Source: an uncultured Bacilli bacterium
GTDB lineage: Bacteria; Bacillota_I; Bacilli_A; RF39; UBA660
Assembly: GCA_947629165.1 (NCBI GenBank)
Contig: CANRCR010000001.1
Coordinates: forward strand, 191,297-255,296
DNA length: 64,000 bases
Reading direction: 5' to 3'
Under the pieces are notes generated by a model. The model was not told the origin of the DNA. It worked only from the letters and a program-made list of their open reading frames with translations, and did not search any database. The first letter of the stretch is position 1; each line of letters opens with the position of its first letter. Below are positions 1 through 8,724 of this stretch, in pieces. A program made the position numbers and the translations under genes.

Positions 1-229
1 TCGCTTGCGGATTTTTATCGACGAAATAACAAAAAGAGGCTCCATTACTGATCGCTTCAAATCCGAGATTGCCACTTCCTGCAAAAAGATCGAGTACGAT
101 ACTTTCTTTTAAATCGTTTTGAATCATACTAAAAATGGATTCTTTGACACGATCCATCGTAGGTCTTGTACCATCGATATGATACCCTAGTACATTACGT
201 CCTTTTAACGATCCACTGATGATTTTCAT
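1..229 (-). CDS. rsmD: 16S rRNA m2G966 methyltransferase RsmD (YlbH), 5' part, runs off window
   Basis: Manual translation MKIISGSLKGRNVLGYHIDGTRPTMDRVKESIFSMIQ...VLDLFAGSGNLGFEAIS has the RPT..RVKES and DLFAGSG motifs. ATG at 229 overlaps the ylbF stop (ATGA). Confidence 0.93.
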   Translation of the reverse strand, partial: MKIISGSLKGRNVLGYHIDGTRPTMDRVKESIFSMIQNDLKESIVLDLFAGSGNLGFEAISNGASFCYFVDKNPQA

Positions 230-546
230 TGGCAATGACCCCTTTCTGGAATCAATTCTTTTAATTCTTTACTTAATTCTAATGTGAAATAATATAAATC
301 ATTTTCTAATTTTTTATAATTCTTTATTTTTTCTTCTTCAAATAATTCTTTTCTTAATTTCTGATAAGCAGGGTCATACGGATTTTTTTCTAGTTCTTTT
401 AGTTTGTTTATTTTTTGTTTTATAGTTGCATCGTTTTCAATTTTTTCTTTCCATTGTTCCATTTGCTTTAATTCATCACTTTGGTCAAGTAGTTGAATAA
501 TCTTAGTTAAATGATAATCAATTTTTTCATATAGTGATTCGTTCAT
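226..546 (-). CDS. ylbF: YlbF/YmcA family regulator
   Basis: Helical ~106 aa protein (from MNESL) in the ylbD-ylbE-ylbF-ylbH order seen in Bacilli. Confidence 0.65.
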   Translation of the reverse strand: MNESLYEKIDYHLTKIIQLLDQSDELKQMEQWKEKIENDATIKQKINKLKELEKNPYDPAYQKLRKELFEEEKIKNYKKLENDLYYFTLELSKELKELIPERGHCQ

Positions 547-547
547 T

Positions 548-1042
548 TTAGTTTCCACTTAGTATCAATAAAAGCGCAATTACACTAGCAATGATTCCAA
601 TGATGAACCATACCGTATTTTTATTTTCTTGCTTTTTTAACTGATTTTGATAATTTATTTCGTTTATTTGATTTTGAACTGCGTCCTCTCCTTGTACCTT
701 CGTAATGGCGGATAATACGCCAGTTCCACGATTAAAAGATAATGTAATTTCAGTGGTTTTATCTTTTTGAATGGGAACCGTAGTTTTTCGAATGGAACAA
801 TGAAAAGTTAAAACGGTATCTTTATCTGGAATATATTCCCAAGTTTCTCCTTTTTCTAGTTCTTTAATTTGCTTACTACCATCAAAGACTTGTACTTTTG
901 GGTTTACGGCATATACGCCTTCATAACTATGAATGATTACTTTATTTTGATTTTCTTCTTTTAAAGTAGCTCCACAGTGAACACATTGTACTGCTTTATC
1001 CGATATTTCTTCCCCACAAGTTGGACATTTTATTAAAGCCAT
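548..1042 (-). CDS. zinc-ribbon domain membrane protein (C-terminal TM)
   Basis: MALIKCPTCGEEISDKAVQCVHCG (CxxC...CxxC), C-terminal hydrophobic helix, GGAGG RBS, own TGGTATAAT promoter at ~1061-1069. Confidence 0.8.
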   Translation of the reverse strand: MALIKCPTCGEEISDKAVQCVHCGATLKEENQNKVIIHSYEGVYAVNPKVQVFDGSKQIKELEKGETWEYIPDKDTVLTFHCSIRKTTVPIQKDKTTEITLSFNRGTGVLSAITKVQGEDAVQNQINEINYQNQLKKQENKNTVWFIIGIIASVIALLLILSGN

Positions 1043-1103
1043 AACAATCCCTCCTTTTTTATTATACCATAAAAACAAATAAAAAAGGGAGTAAACCCTA
1101 ATC

Positions 1104-1325
1104 TTATCCTAACATATCAAAAAATGTACGTAATAAAGTTAATTGGTCATTTAATTTATTAATTTTATCGCTGGGACGTAACCGGTATTTTTCTTTCATT
1201 TCTTCTTCGAGATAAGTAATGTTTTGAGGATTTCGATTTAGTTCTTTGTACCAATGGGAATTTTCTCTTAAATAACGATGTAAATTCGGATCATTCCGAA
1301 TTCGAAATTGGATTGGTAAAATCAT
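1104..1325 (-). CDS. ylbE: YlbE-like family protein
   Basis: YLRENSHWYKELNRNP motif typical of YlbE; adjacent to a YlbD-like gene. Confidence 0.8.
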   Translation of the reverse strand: MILPIQFRIRNDPNLHRYLRENSHWYKELNRNPQNITYLEEEMKEKYRLRPSDKINKLNDQLTLLRTFFDMLG

Positions 1326-1706
1326 TTAATCCTCGAAATAACGGTAAAGTGGTCGCGGTTCGTAAGTACTTGCGTTAGTAGGTGCCTTTTTGGTTGTAAA
1401 CTCTTGTACGAGACCGATAGCTTTTTGCATTCCATCAATTCCTTTTTGAACGCTCGCGAGATCGATTCCCTTTACCATTTGAACGAGATCTTTCCAAGAG
1501 GTTTCTTGCTTTTTAGTAGGCACATTTTTATTTACGTTTGTGTTAGGAGGTGTTACCGCTACTTGATAAGGATCCCAAATGACGCTATTTTCACCATATA
1601 AATCGTACATTTCATAAAACTTTTGCCATGTCATATCCCCACGTGCAACATAGCCTGCTAAATTAGGATGTGTATGGACAAATTGTTTAAATGCTTCTTT
1701 TCCCAT
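1326..1706 (-). CDS. ylbD: YlbD-family spore coat protein
   Basis: FKQFVHTHPNL...TWQKFYEMYDLYGE..IWDPY matches the YlbD coat family; AGGTGA RBS before ATG 1706. Confidence 0.78.
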   Translation of the reverse strand: MGKEAFKQFVHTHPNLAGYVARGDMTWQKFYEMYDLYGENSVIWDPYQVAVTPPNTNVNKNVPTKKQETSWKDLVQMVKGIDLASVQKGIDGMQKAIGLVQEFTTKKAPTNASTYEPRPLYRYFED

Positions 1707-1775
1707 GATATTCACCTACTTTAGTTTATGCTTGATACCAAAAAGATTGCTAATTTTACAAAAAAAAGAAGGCGT

Positions 1776-4037
1776 TTAGAAACGACCTCCTCCACCGCCG
1801 CCTCCGCCGAAGCCTCCGCCTCCAACGGAACCGCCACCAAATCCTCCACCCGAAGAGTGCGAAGATGATGAAGATGATCCGGAATTACTATACGAAGTTT
1901 GAATGGCACGGGTAGTGGTTTTAGCTAATACTTGGGTCATATTTGAAGTAATTATATCGTTTAGCATACTCATGTAAACAATGTCTCCAATAACCGTGTC
2001 GTTCGTATTTCCGGTAGCGTTGTTTTGAATTTTTGCTAATTGTAAATTTAGGCGTTTTTGGACTTGTTTTGCGCAACCTAAAACGGTAGCGGTTACAAGG
2101 TATCTTTCCCATAAAGCAACTTCTGGTAACTCTTTTTCATCGAAACGACCGAAGTCTTTAAGAAAATTTTTGTGTGCCTTCCACATGGTATAATGCCTTT
2201 TTCCATGAATCGTTCGGAATTTTTTGAATATCGTCCATAATACATTTACCAATGTAAAGATGAAAGTAGCTAATCCGAGATAGGGGTTTTCATAAACTAA
2301 ACTACACCGAAAAAAGAAAAGAAATATAATGGTTGAAAGAATGTAGCTTGCTATTTTATATCCTGTTCTACTTATATAAATATTTTGTTTTTTTCCTTCT
2401 TGGGTAGCCTCATATTCAAAATCGTTATAAGCTTCTAAAAATTCGAGCGCATTGCTATGTGTTTTACCAAAATTTTTAATTTGACTTAATTTAACGGTTT
2501 CTTTATTGGGACTAATAACATCAAATAGTAGGTCAAGCACTTTCCGTTCTGAAATGGATATCGGTTCTTTACTTTCTTGTTTTTGGAATATATAATCATC
2601 TAATTTACCATTCGGTTTACGAGTAAACGTAATCCATTTTTTTCGAATTAACTCGAGTATGATAGCCGAAAATGATTTGTTGGTCACTTTCTTTTTCATG
2701 ACGTATTCGATTACGGCAGGACTATAATCTGCTGGGAAATCACGATAATATTTCTGATTAAAGTCACAAGGTAGTTTTAGATCGTATTGATAATAGAAAT
2801 ATATATGAAATAATAAAATTGCAATTATGGTAATTATAAAGTAAATCGATGTCTCTACTCTTTTATTGTGATAGAACTCTTCTACAAAATTCGTTAATTC
2901 ACCATAAATGGCCCGATACTGTTCTTTTTGCTCTCCTTCAAGTAAATGATCAATTTGAATTTTTAAATCAGTTAAATTTTCTTTATAAGGTTCTTTTTTT
3001 ACGAGTGTAATTTGCTTTTCAATTTCTTCAACTAATTTTACTTCGATTTTATCACGAGCTACTTTTAATCGACTTAATAACTCATCTTGTACTATACCAG
3101 GCTCTAGTTTCATAACTATTCTATAAGCTTGATTATAGTCAGCTAATTCAAGCGTATTTTCGACGTGTTCGGTATAATTTGTAGCTTCTTTTATTGCTCT
3201 TTGTCGTTCTTCTTCTCTTTTGGCATTTGCTTCGTCAGCGTAAGCTTGTTCTATTTCTAGAATTATATCTCTTCCTAGTACATTACTCTTTTTGGTAGCA
3301 TTCGGTACTAAATTTTTATCGAACATCATTCGAATGGTAACCGGTTCATAGGCATCTAAGTCATAAAATGTTGCTTTGGCCGAGGCTTCCTCTAAATTTC
3401 GATTAACCAATCCATTTAATGGTCCATGAAGCCATACCCGAAAATCCGGATCTTGACTTGGAAGATGCACGACTGCTTGAAAATCAGTAATATCTTCTTC
3501 GTATTCATCCCCTAATAAATTCCAGTATAATTCGGCAACATCATCGTGTACTACCACAACATCTTTTACTACATATTCCATATAAAATGCCGTGTTATAT
3601 CGCGATGGATTGTAAATCATTAAATCGATTCCTTTATTATAAACTTCTTTTGTGTATACCCCATAGTCTCCTTTAGAGGCTTGCTCAACTAATTTATATT
3701 CTGGGCGATCAATTAAAAAAGAATCGAATGTAATATTATCTTTATTAGGAATATCTTTGATTTTTAAGTCGGTAAGCGATGATCCATCATAAATCGTACT
3801 ATGATCAAAATCTTCTTTGGCTCCAGTAAAAGAGTTGGCATTTGTTCCTCTATAATTTATGGTTCTTGTTCGACCGTTATATTCTCCTTCTAAAACAGCA
3901 ATCTCTTTTATTAGAATACTTCCATCCTCTTGAATCGTAATATCTTGATAGAGTTTACTTGTTACATCGCTTGCTTGAACTGGAATTGGTAGAAGACATA
4001 AAAGAAATAACACTAATCCTATTTTAAATTTCTTCAT
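1776..4037 (-). CDS. DUF2207 family membrane protein
   Basis: Signal peptide, DVAELYWNLLG motif, WKAHKNFLKDF...LWERYLVTATVLG, Ser/Gly-rich tail; next to lemA as is common. Confidence 0.88.
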   Translation of the reverse strand: MKKFKIGLVLFLLCLLPIPVQASDVTSKLYQDITIQEDGSILIKEIAVLEGEYNGRTRTINYRGTNANSFTGAKEDFDHSTIYDGSSLTDLKIKDIPNKDNITFDSFLIDRPEYKLVEQASKGDYGVYTKEVYNKGIDLMIYNPSRYNTAFYMEYVVKDVVVVHDDVAELYWNLLGDEYEEDITDFQAVVHLPSQDPDFRVWLHGPLNGLVNRNLEEASAKATFYDLDAYEPVTIRMMFDKNLVPNATKKSNVLGRDIILEIEQAYADEANAKREEERQRAIKEATNYTEHVENTLELADYNQAYRIVMKLEPGIVQDELLSRLKVARDKIEVKLVEEIEKQITLVKKEPYKENLTDLKIQIDHLLEGEQKEQYRAIYGELTNFVEEFYHNKRVETSIYFIITIIAILLFHIYFYYQYDLKLPCDFNQKYYRDFPADYSPAVIEYVMKKKVTNKSFSAIILELIRKKWITFTRKPNGKLDDYIFQKQESKEPISISERKVLDLLFDVISPNKETVKLSQIKNFGKTHSNALEFLEAYNDFEYEATQEGKKQNIYISRTGYKIASYILSTIIFLFFFRCSLVYENPYLGLATFIFTLVNVLWTIFKKFRTIHGKRHYTMWKAHKNFLKDFGRFDEKELPEVALWERYLVTATVLGCAKQVQKRLNLQLAKIQNNATGNTNDTVIGDIVYMSMLNDIITSNMTQVLAKTTTRAIQTSYSNSGSSSSSSHSSGGGFGGGSVGGGGFGGGGGGGGRF

Positions 4038-4045
4038 ATTTCCTC

Positions 4046-4073
4046 CAAAAAAAGCCCATCTTTGGGATAGGCT
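4046..4073 (-). terminator. intrinsic terminator between lemA and the DUF2207 gene
   Basis: Minus strand AAGCCTATC-ccaaa-GATGGGCTT followed by a T tract. Confidence 0.55.
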
Positions 4074-4633
4074 TATTCAAATGATACTTTTGGTACTTCT
4101 TTATCAGTTTCTTCAATTTCAAAAAAGGCTGCTTTCTTAAATCCAAATATTTTTGCAACTATGTTTGATGGAAAGGTTTCTACCTTATTGTTATAACTTA
4201 ATACGCCATCGTTATAGAACTGTCTTGCATAACTAATTTTTTCTTCAATTTCGTTGATGTTACTCTGTAGACTTAAGAAGCTTTGATTTGCTTTTAAATC
4301 TGGATAACTTTCTGCTAAAGCAAATAATTTTGATAAGGCATTACTTACTACTCCGGAAGCTTTCATGGTAGCTTCTGGTGTTTGAGCAACGACATAATTA
4401 TTTCTTGCTTTAATTACATCTTCTAATGTTGCTGTTTCATGTTTGGCATATCCTTTTACCGTTTCAACTAAATTTGGTATCAAGTCAGCACGTCTTTTTA
4501 ATTGAACATCAATTTGACTCCATTGATCATTTTTCTTGTTTCTTAAAACCACTAGTCTGTTGTACATTACTGCAACCCAGGCAAATAAGGCTAGAACAAT
4601 GACAACAAGGACTACTATTAACCATATTGGCAT
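4073..4633 (-). CDS. lemA: LemA family protein
   Basis: N-terminal TM, WSQIDVQLKRRADLIPNLVETVKGYAKHE and AESYPDLKAN motifs. Confidence 0.95.
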   Translation of the reverse strand: MPIWLIVVLVVIVLALFAWVAVMYNRLVVLRNKKNDQWSQIDVQLKRRADLIPNLVETVKGYAKHETATLEDVIKARNNYVVAQTPEATMKASGVVSNALSKLFALAESYPDLKANQSFLSLQSNINEIEEKISYARQFYNDGVLSYNNKVETFPSNIVAKIFGFKKAAFFEIEETDKEVPKVSFE

Positions 4634-4744
4634 TTTTTTATTCCTCCTCTATATTTTAAGTATACACTAAAAATTAAGATTTTAAAATAAAAATCGTATA
4701 TATTTTACGGTATGTTACACAATAGTAAAGAAAGGATGATTGAA

Positions 4745-4966
4745 ATGGATATCAGTATTCGCGATCATATTATAAATAATTTTGAAGGAGATGACAAAAA
4801 TACTTTACGTCAAGCCATTGAAGAAAGTATTAAAGAAAACGATGAAATTACACTTCCAGGAATGGGTGTCTTCTTCGAATTAATTTGGGAAGACGCCGAT
4901 GATTCATTAAAGGATACGTTACTCGATTTACTTGAAAAAAGAGTTACAAAAAAAGAAAGCAATTAA
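4745..4966 (+). CDS. sspI: small acid-soluble spore protein SspI
   Basis: MDISIRDHIINN...DEITLPGMGVFFELIW matches the SspI LPGxGVxFExIW signature; near pheST as in Bacilli. Confidence 0.88.
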   Translation: MDISIRDHIINNFEGDDKNTLRQAIEESIKENDEITLPGMGVFFELIWEDADDSLKDTLLDLLEKRVTKKESN

Positions 4967-4978
4967 AGCTTTCTTTTA
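4950..4978. terminator. bidirectional terminator between convergent sspI and pheT
   Basis: AAAAGAAAGC-aattaaa-GCTTTCTTTT inverted repeat with A/T tails. Confidence 0.6.
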
Positions 4979-7366
4979 TTTGTCTCTTAATTCTCCATGA
5001 TGTTCTTTGGTTACTTTTTCGATAATTTTATTAAATATTTCCATTACTTCATCTTCGGTTAAAGTTCGGTTATTATCCATGAAAGTAAGATTGAAGGCAA
5101 TCGATTTCTTCCCTTCTTCGATATTTTCTCCTTGATATACATCGAAAACGTCGATATGTTGAAGTAATCTTCCACCCGCTTTTTGAATTGTTGCAAGGAC
5201 TTCTTGGGCGATTATAGATTCATCGAAAGCAAAAGCAACATCTTTACTAATACTTGGATATTTTGATATTTCTTTGTCTTTAATTGGTCGAATCTCGATA
5301 TCATAAATTTTCGATAAGTCGATTTCAAATACATAAATTGGTGTTTTCGAAATACTTGGATGAATCATTCCAATCGTTCCGATCGGATTTCGATCTACTT
5401 TGATTAAGGCACTTTGATATGGATGATATTCTTTCGGTAAGTCCCCCACTTCAAATTGATACCGGTTCGTAAGACCTAAATAATTTAAAAGATTCTCGAC
5501 AATTCCTTTAACGTAGTAAAAATCTACATTTATCGTTTGGTGTAACCAACGGTTATTAGTTGCTACTCCCGTTAATAAACCAGCTAAAACAGGTTTTTCA
5601 ACGACTTTTCCATCTTCGAGATAGTAAACTTTACTAATTTCATGAATTTGGATGTCGGTTACTTTTCTCGATAAATTATAACTTGCTACTTGATAAAGCG
5701 ATGGTATTAAACTGTAACGAAGATATTTTTTATCTTCTAACATCGGATCAAGTAATTCGATTGGCATAAATTTGTCATTGGTAAATTCGTTCAAATGTTC
5801 TTTACTTGTTAAGGTATAGGTCCATACCTGATTGAGTCCGAGCGATAATAGTCGGTGTCTTATTTGTTTTTCTTTTTCGTAATTTTTTTCGTATTTTCCA
5901 GGTTTTCCTGTTCCGACCGGTAAAGTTCCTTGGACATTATCGATTCCATGAATTCGTCCAACTTCTTCGATTAAGTCTTCGGGAATATGGATATCGATAC
6001 GACGGGATGGAACCGTTACTTGGAATACTCCTTTTGTTTCTTTAAATGCAAAGTCTAAGCGACGAAATACATCACTTATTTCTTTATTCGTTAGTTCCAT
6101 TCCTAACACGTTATTAATTTTCTTTTGGGTAATCTCAATAGTAGTATCTTCTCGATTGCTTTTATCGTGTACTTGCATTCCTTTAACGACTTCGCCATCG
6201 GCAAGGGTTTCGAGTAATTGACAAGCGCGATCGATCGCATAGTATGTGCGGTTTGGATCGAGTCCTTTTTCAAAACGATTACTTGCTTCACTTCGAAGGA
6301 TTCTTTTGGAAGTAAGACGGATATTGACGGGATTAAAAATAGCACTTTCGATAACGATATCTTTTGTATCTTGTTCTACTTCGGAATTAAGGCCACCCAT
6401 TACGCCGGCTAAGGCAACGGCATGTTCCCGGTTGGCAATCACGATATCTTTATTACTTAAAATACGTTCTTGTTTATCGAGTGTTGTTATATGTTCGTTA
6501 TCTTCGGCCATTCGAATAATTATTTCATTCCCTAATGTTTTATAATCGAAGAAATGAAGTGGTTGACCCGTTTCTAACATGACGTAGTTCGATATATCGA
6601 CTACATTGTTAATCGGACGAATTCCACTTGCCATAAGGCGTGCTTTTAACCAACGAGGACTTTCTTTAATCGTTACATTTTTTACCATCCGAGCTAAATA
6701 AAGTGGACAGTTCTCCGTCTGTACATTTACTTTAACGTAGTTTTTAATATCATCGATTTCTTTTTTGATAGCATCCTCTTTTAAAGTTACTTTCTCATCG
6801 AGAATCGCTCCTACTTCGTAAGCCATTCCGATAATACTTAAAAGGTCTCCCCGATTACTCGTAAGTTCAAAATCGATCGATGTATCATCAAAACCTAAAT
6901 ACTTTAGTGGTTCGTCTCCTACTTCGGCATCCTCGGGTAGTACATGGATTCCTGTTTTATCTTCTTCACTTTGATATTTACTTTCGATGCCAAGTTCACC
7001 TAAAGAACAAATCATTCCGTTTGATTCTTGTCCGCGAATGACACTTTTTTTAATTTCAATACCCCCTGGTAACGTTGCTCCTGGTAAAGCGACAATTACT
7101 TTTTGCCCTTTGGCAACATTCGGTGCCCCACATACGATTTGATTTACTTCTCCTTTTTTGATTTCTACTTGGCAAACGTGTAGGTGATCGGAATCTGGAT
7201 GATCGATGCAAGACGTTACATAACCGATGGTAAGATTGGTAGCACTCGATAATGGGGTAATACTATCGTATTCGTTCCCTACTCCGGTCATCTTTTCGGC
7301 TAACTCTTCGTTTGATATTCCGTGCGTATTGACATAATCATCTAAAAATTTTCTACTAAGTTTCAT
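4976..7366 (-). CDS. pheT: phenylalanine--tRNA ligase beta subunit
   Basis: QIVCGAPNV, GIRPINNVVDISNYVMLETGQPLHFFD, C-terminal FDX-ACB (FDVYQG...KSIAF). Confidence 0.98.
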   Translation of the reverse strand: MKLSRKFLDDYVNTHGISNEELAEKMTGVGNEYDSITPLSSATNLTIGYVTSCIDHPDSDHLHVCQVEIKKGEVNQIVCGAPNVAKGQKVIVALPGATLPGGIEIKKSVIRGQESNGMICSLGELGIESKYQSEEDKTGIHVLPEDAEVGDEPLKYLGFDDTSIDFELTSNRGDLLSIIGMAYEVGAILDEKVTLKEDAIKKEIDDIKNYVKVNVQTENCPLYLARMVKNVTIKESPRWLKARLMASGIRPINNVVDISNYVMLETGQPLHFFDYKTLGNEIIIRMAEDNEHITTLDKQERILSNKDIVIANREHAVALAGVMGGLNSEVEQDTKDIVIESAIFNPVNIRLTSKRILRSEASNRFEKGLDPNRTYYAIDRACQLLETLADGEVVKGMQVHDKSNREDTTIEITQKKINNVLGMELTNKEISDVFRRLDFAFKETKGVFQVTVPSRRIDIHIPEDLIEEVGRIHGIDNVQGTLPVGTGKPGKYEKNYEKEKQIRHRLLSLGLNQVWTYTLTSKEHLNEFTNDKFMPIELLDPMLEDKKYLRYSLIPSLYQVASYNLSRKVTDIQIHEISKVYYLEDGKVVEKPVLAGLLTGVATNNRWLHQTINVDFYYVKGIVENLLNYLGLTNRYQFEVGDLPKEYHPYQSALIKVDRNPIGTIGMIHPSISKTPIYVFEIDLSKIYDIEIRPIKDKEISKYPSISKDVAFAFDESIIAQEVLATIQKAGGRLLQHIDVFDVYQGENIEEGKKSIAFNLTFMDNNRTLTEDEVMEIFNKIIEKVTKEHHGELRDK

Positions 7367-8412
7367 TATTTGTCACCTTCCATTCGGTTATAATTTTTTA
7401 GGAAGCGTAAATCGTTGGTATAGAAATCGCGAATATCGGTGATACCATAGCGGAGCATGGCTACTCTTTCGATTCCTAATCCAAAAGCAAATCCAGTATA
7501 TTTTTCAGGATCATAACCACAGTCTCTCAATACGTTCGGATGAACCATTCCACTTCCTAATATTTCAATCCAACCGGTTCCTTTACAAATGTTGCATCCT
7601 TTTCCACCACATTTAAAACAAGATACATCTACTTCGTAACTTGGTTCTGTAAATGGGAAGAAGCTTGGTCGGAACCGTACTTTTCGTTCTTCACCAAACA
7701 TTTTCTTAGCAAATACTTCTAATGTTCCTTTTAAATCGGCAAGCGAGATATTTTCTCCTACTACTAAACCTTCGATTTGGTTAAATTGATGTGAATGGGT
7801 CGCGTCATCGTCGTCTCTTCGATACACTTTTCCTGGACAAATAATCCGTAATGGCGCTTTATCTTCAGTTTTTAACATCGTTCTTGCTTGAACCGGAGAT
7901 GTTTGACTACGTAGTAATAATTCTTCGGTAATATAGAAGGTATCTTGAGCGTCCCGTGCCGGATGATTTTTAGGAACATTTAAGAGTTGGAAGTTATGCA
8001 AATCATCTTCTACTTCCGGTCCAGAAACGACATCGTATCCCATCGAAATAAATAAATCTTCAACTTCTTCGGTTATTCTTGTTAAAGGATGTACTCCTCC
8101 GACTGGAATCGTAGTCGCAGGAAGGGTCGGATCAATTTTATCTTTCTTTAAACGAGCTTCGAGTTCTTTTTCTTTTAATGTTTCGATTAATTGATTAATT
8201 TTTTCCGTTACTTCATTTTTTAATTCGTTGGATGCTTTTCCTAACGCCTTTTTCTCTTCTACCGATTTATTTCCCATATCTTTTGTTAAATCGGTAATAA
8301 GTCCTTTTTTACCGAGGTATTTTACTCTTAAATCGTTAGCCTCGGCCATTGTTTGAACTTGATCGAGATCTTTTTTTAACGTATCTCGAATTTTTTTCAT
8401 TTCTTCATTCAT
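7366..8412 (-). CDS. pheS: phenylalanine--tRNA ligase alpha subunit
   Basis: [33 protein letters not shown]. Start MNEEM at 8412 follows an AGGAGG RBS. Confidence 0.98.
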   Translation of the reverse strand: MNEEMKKIRDTLKKDLDQVQTMAEANDLRVKYLGKKGLITDLTKDMGNKSVEEKKALGKASNELKNEVTEKINQLIETLKEKELEARLKKDKIDPTLPATTIPVGGVHPLTRITEEVEDLFISMGYDVVSGPEVEDDLHNFQLLNVPKNHPARDAQDTFYITEELLLRSQTSPVQARTMLKTEDKAPLRIICPGKVYRRDDDDATHSHQFNQIEGLVVGENISLADLKGTLEVFAKKMFGEERKVRFRPSFFPFTEPSYEVDVSCFKCGGKGCNICKGTGWIEILGSGMVHPNVLRDCGYDPEKYTGFAFGLGIERVAMLRYGITDIRDFYTNDLRFLKNYNRMEGDK

Positions 8413-8429
8413 TTGGTTTCCTCCTTTAG

Positions 8430-8660
8430 TAAAGAAAAAACCGCCAAAATATCTCAAGGACGAAATATTTCCGCGGTACCACCTTTTCTTTATAGTATCT
8501 ACTATACACTCTTCTTTTTAACGCAAAGTTTACGCTTAAGGTTTTGCCTTAAGAACTCCGAAGACGAATTCCTTATTCCTTTTTCTCATCTTTTTTTTCA
8601 CCCTAGAAAAGACTCTCTTTTAGGAAGTAAATAAGTACTACTTCTTCATCACTGCTTTTT
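8430..8660 (-). promoter_or_regulatory. T-box riboswitch (Phe)
   Basis: AAGGTGGTACCGCG T-box (8472-8485), AGAGAG and GGTGAA stem I motifs, specifier TTC at 8566-8568, terminator ending GGCGGTTTTTT. Confidence 0.9.
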
Positions 8661-8724
8661 TATGAACGAGTTCATTATATCATAAAGATTTTTTTTTGTA
8701 TATCTTTTTTCAAAAAAATCCTTT

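Noticed and set aside
1776-1890. GC-rich CCG/CCT repeat tract
   Set aside because: It encodes the normal Gly/Ser tail of DUF2207 proteins.
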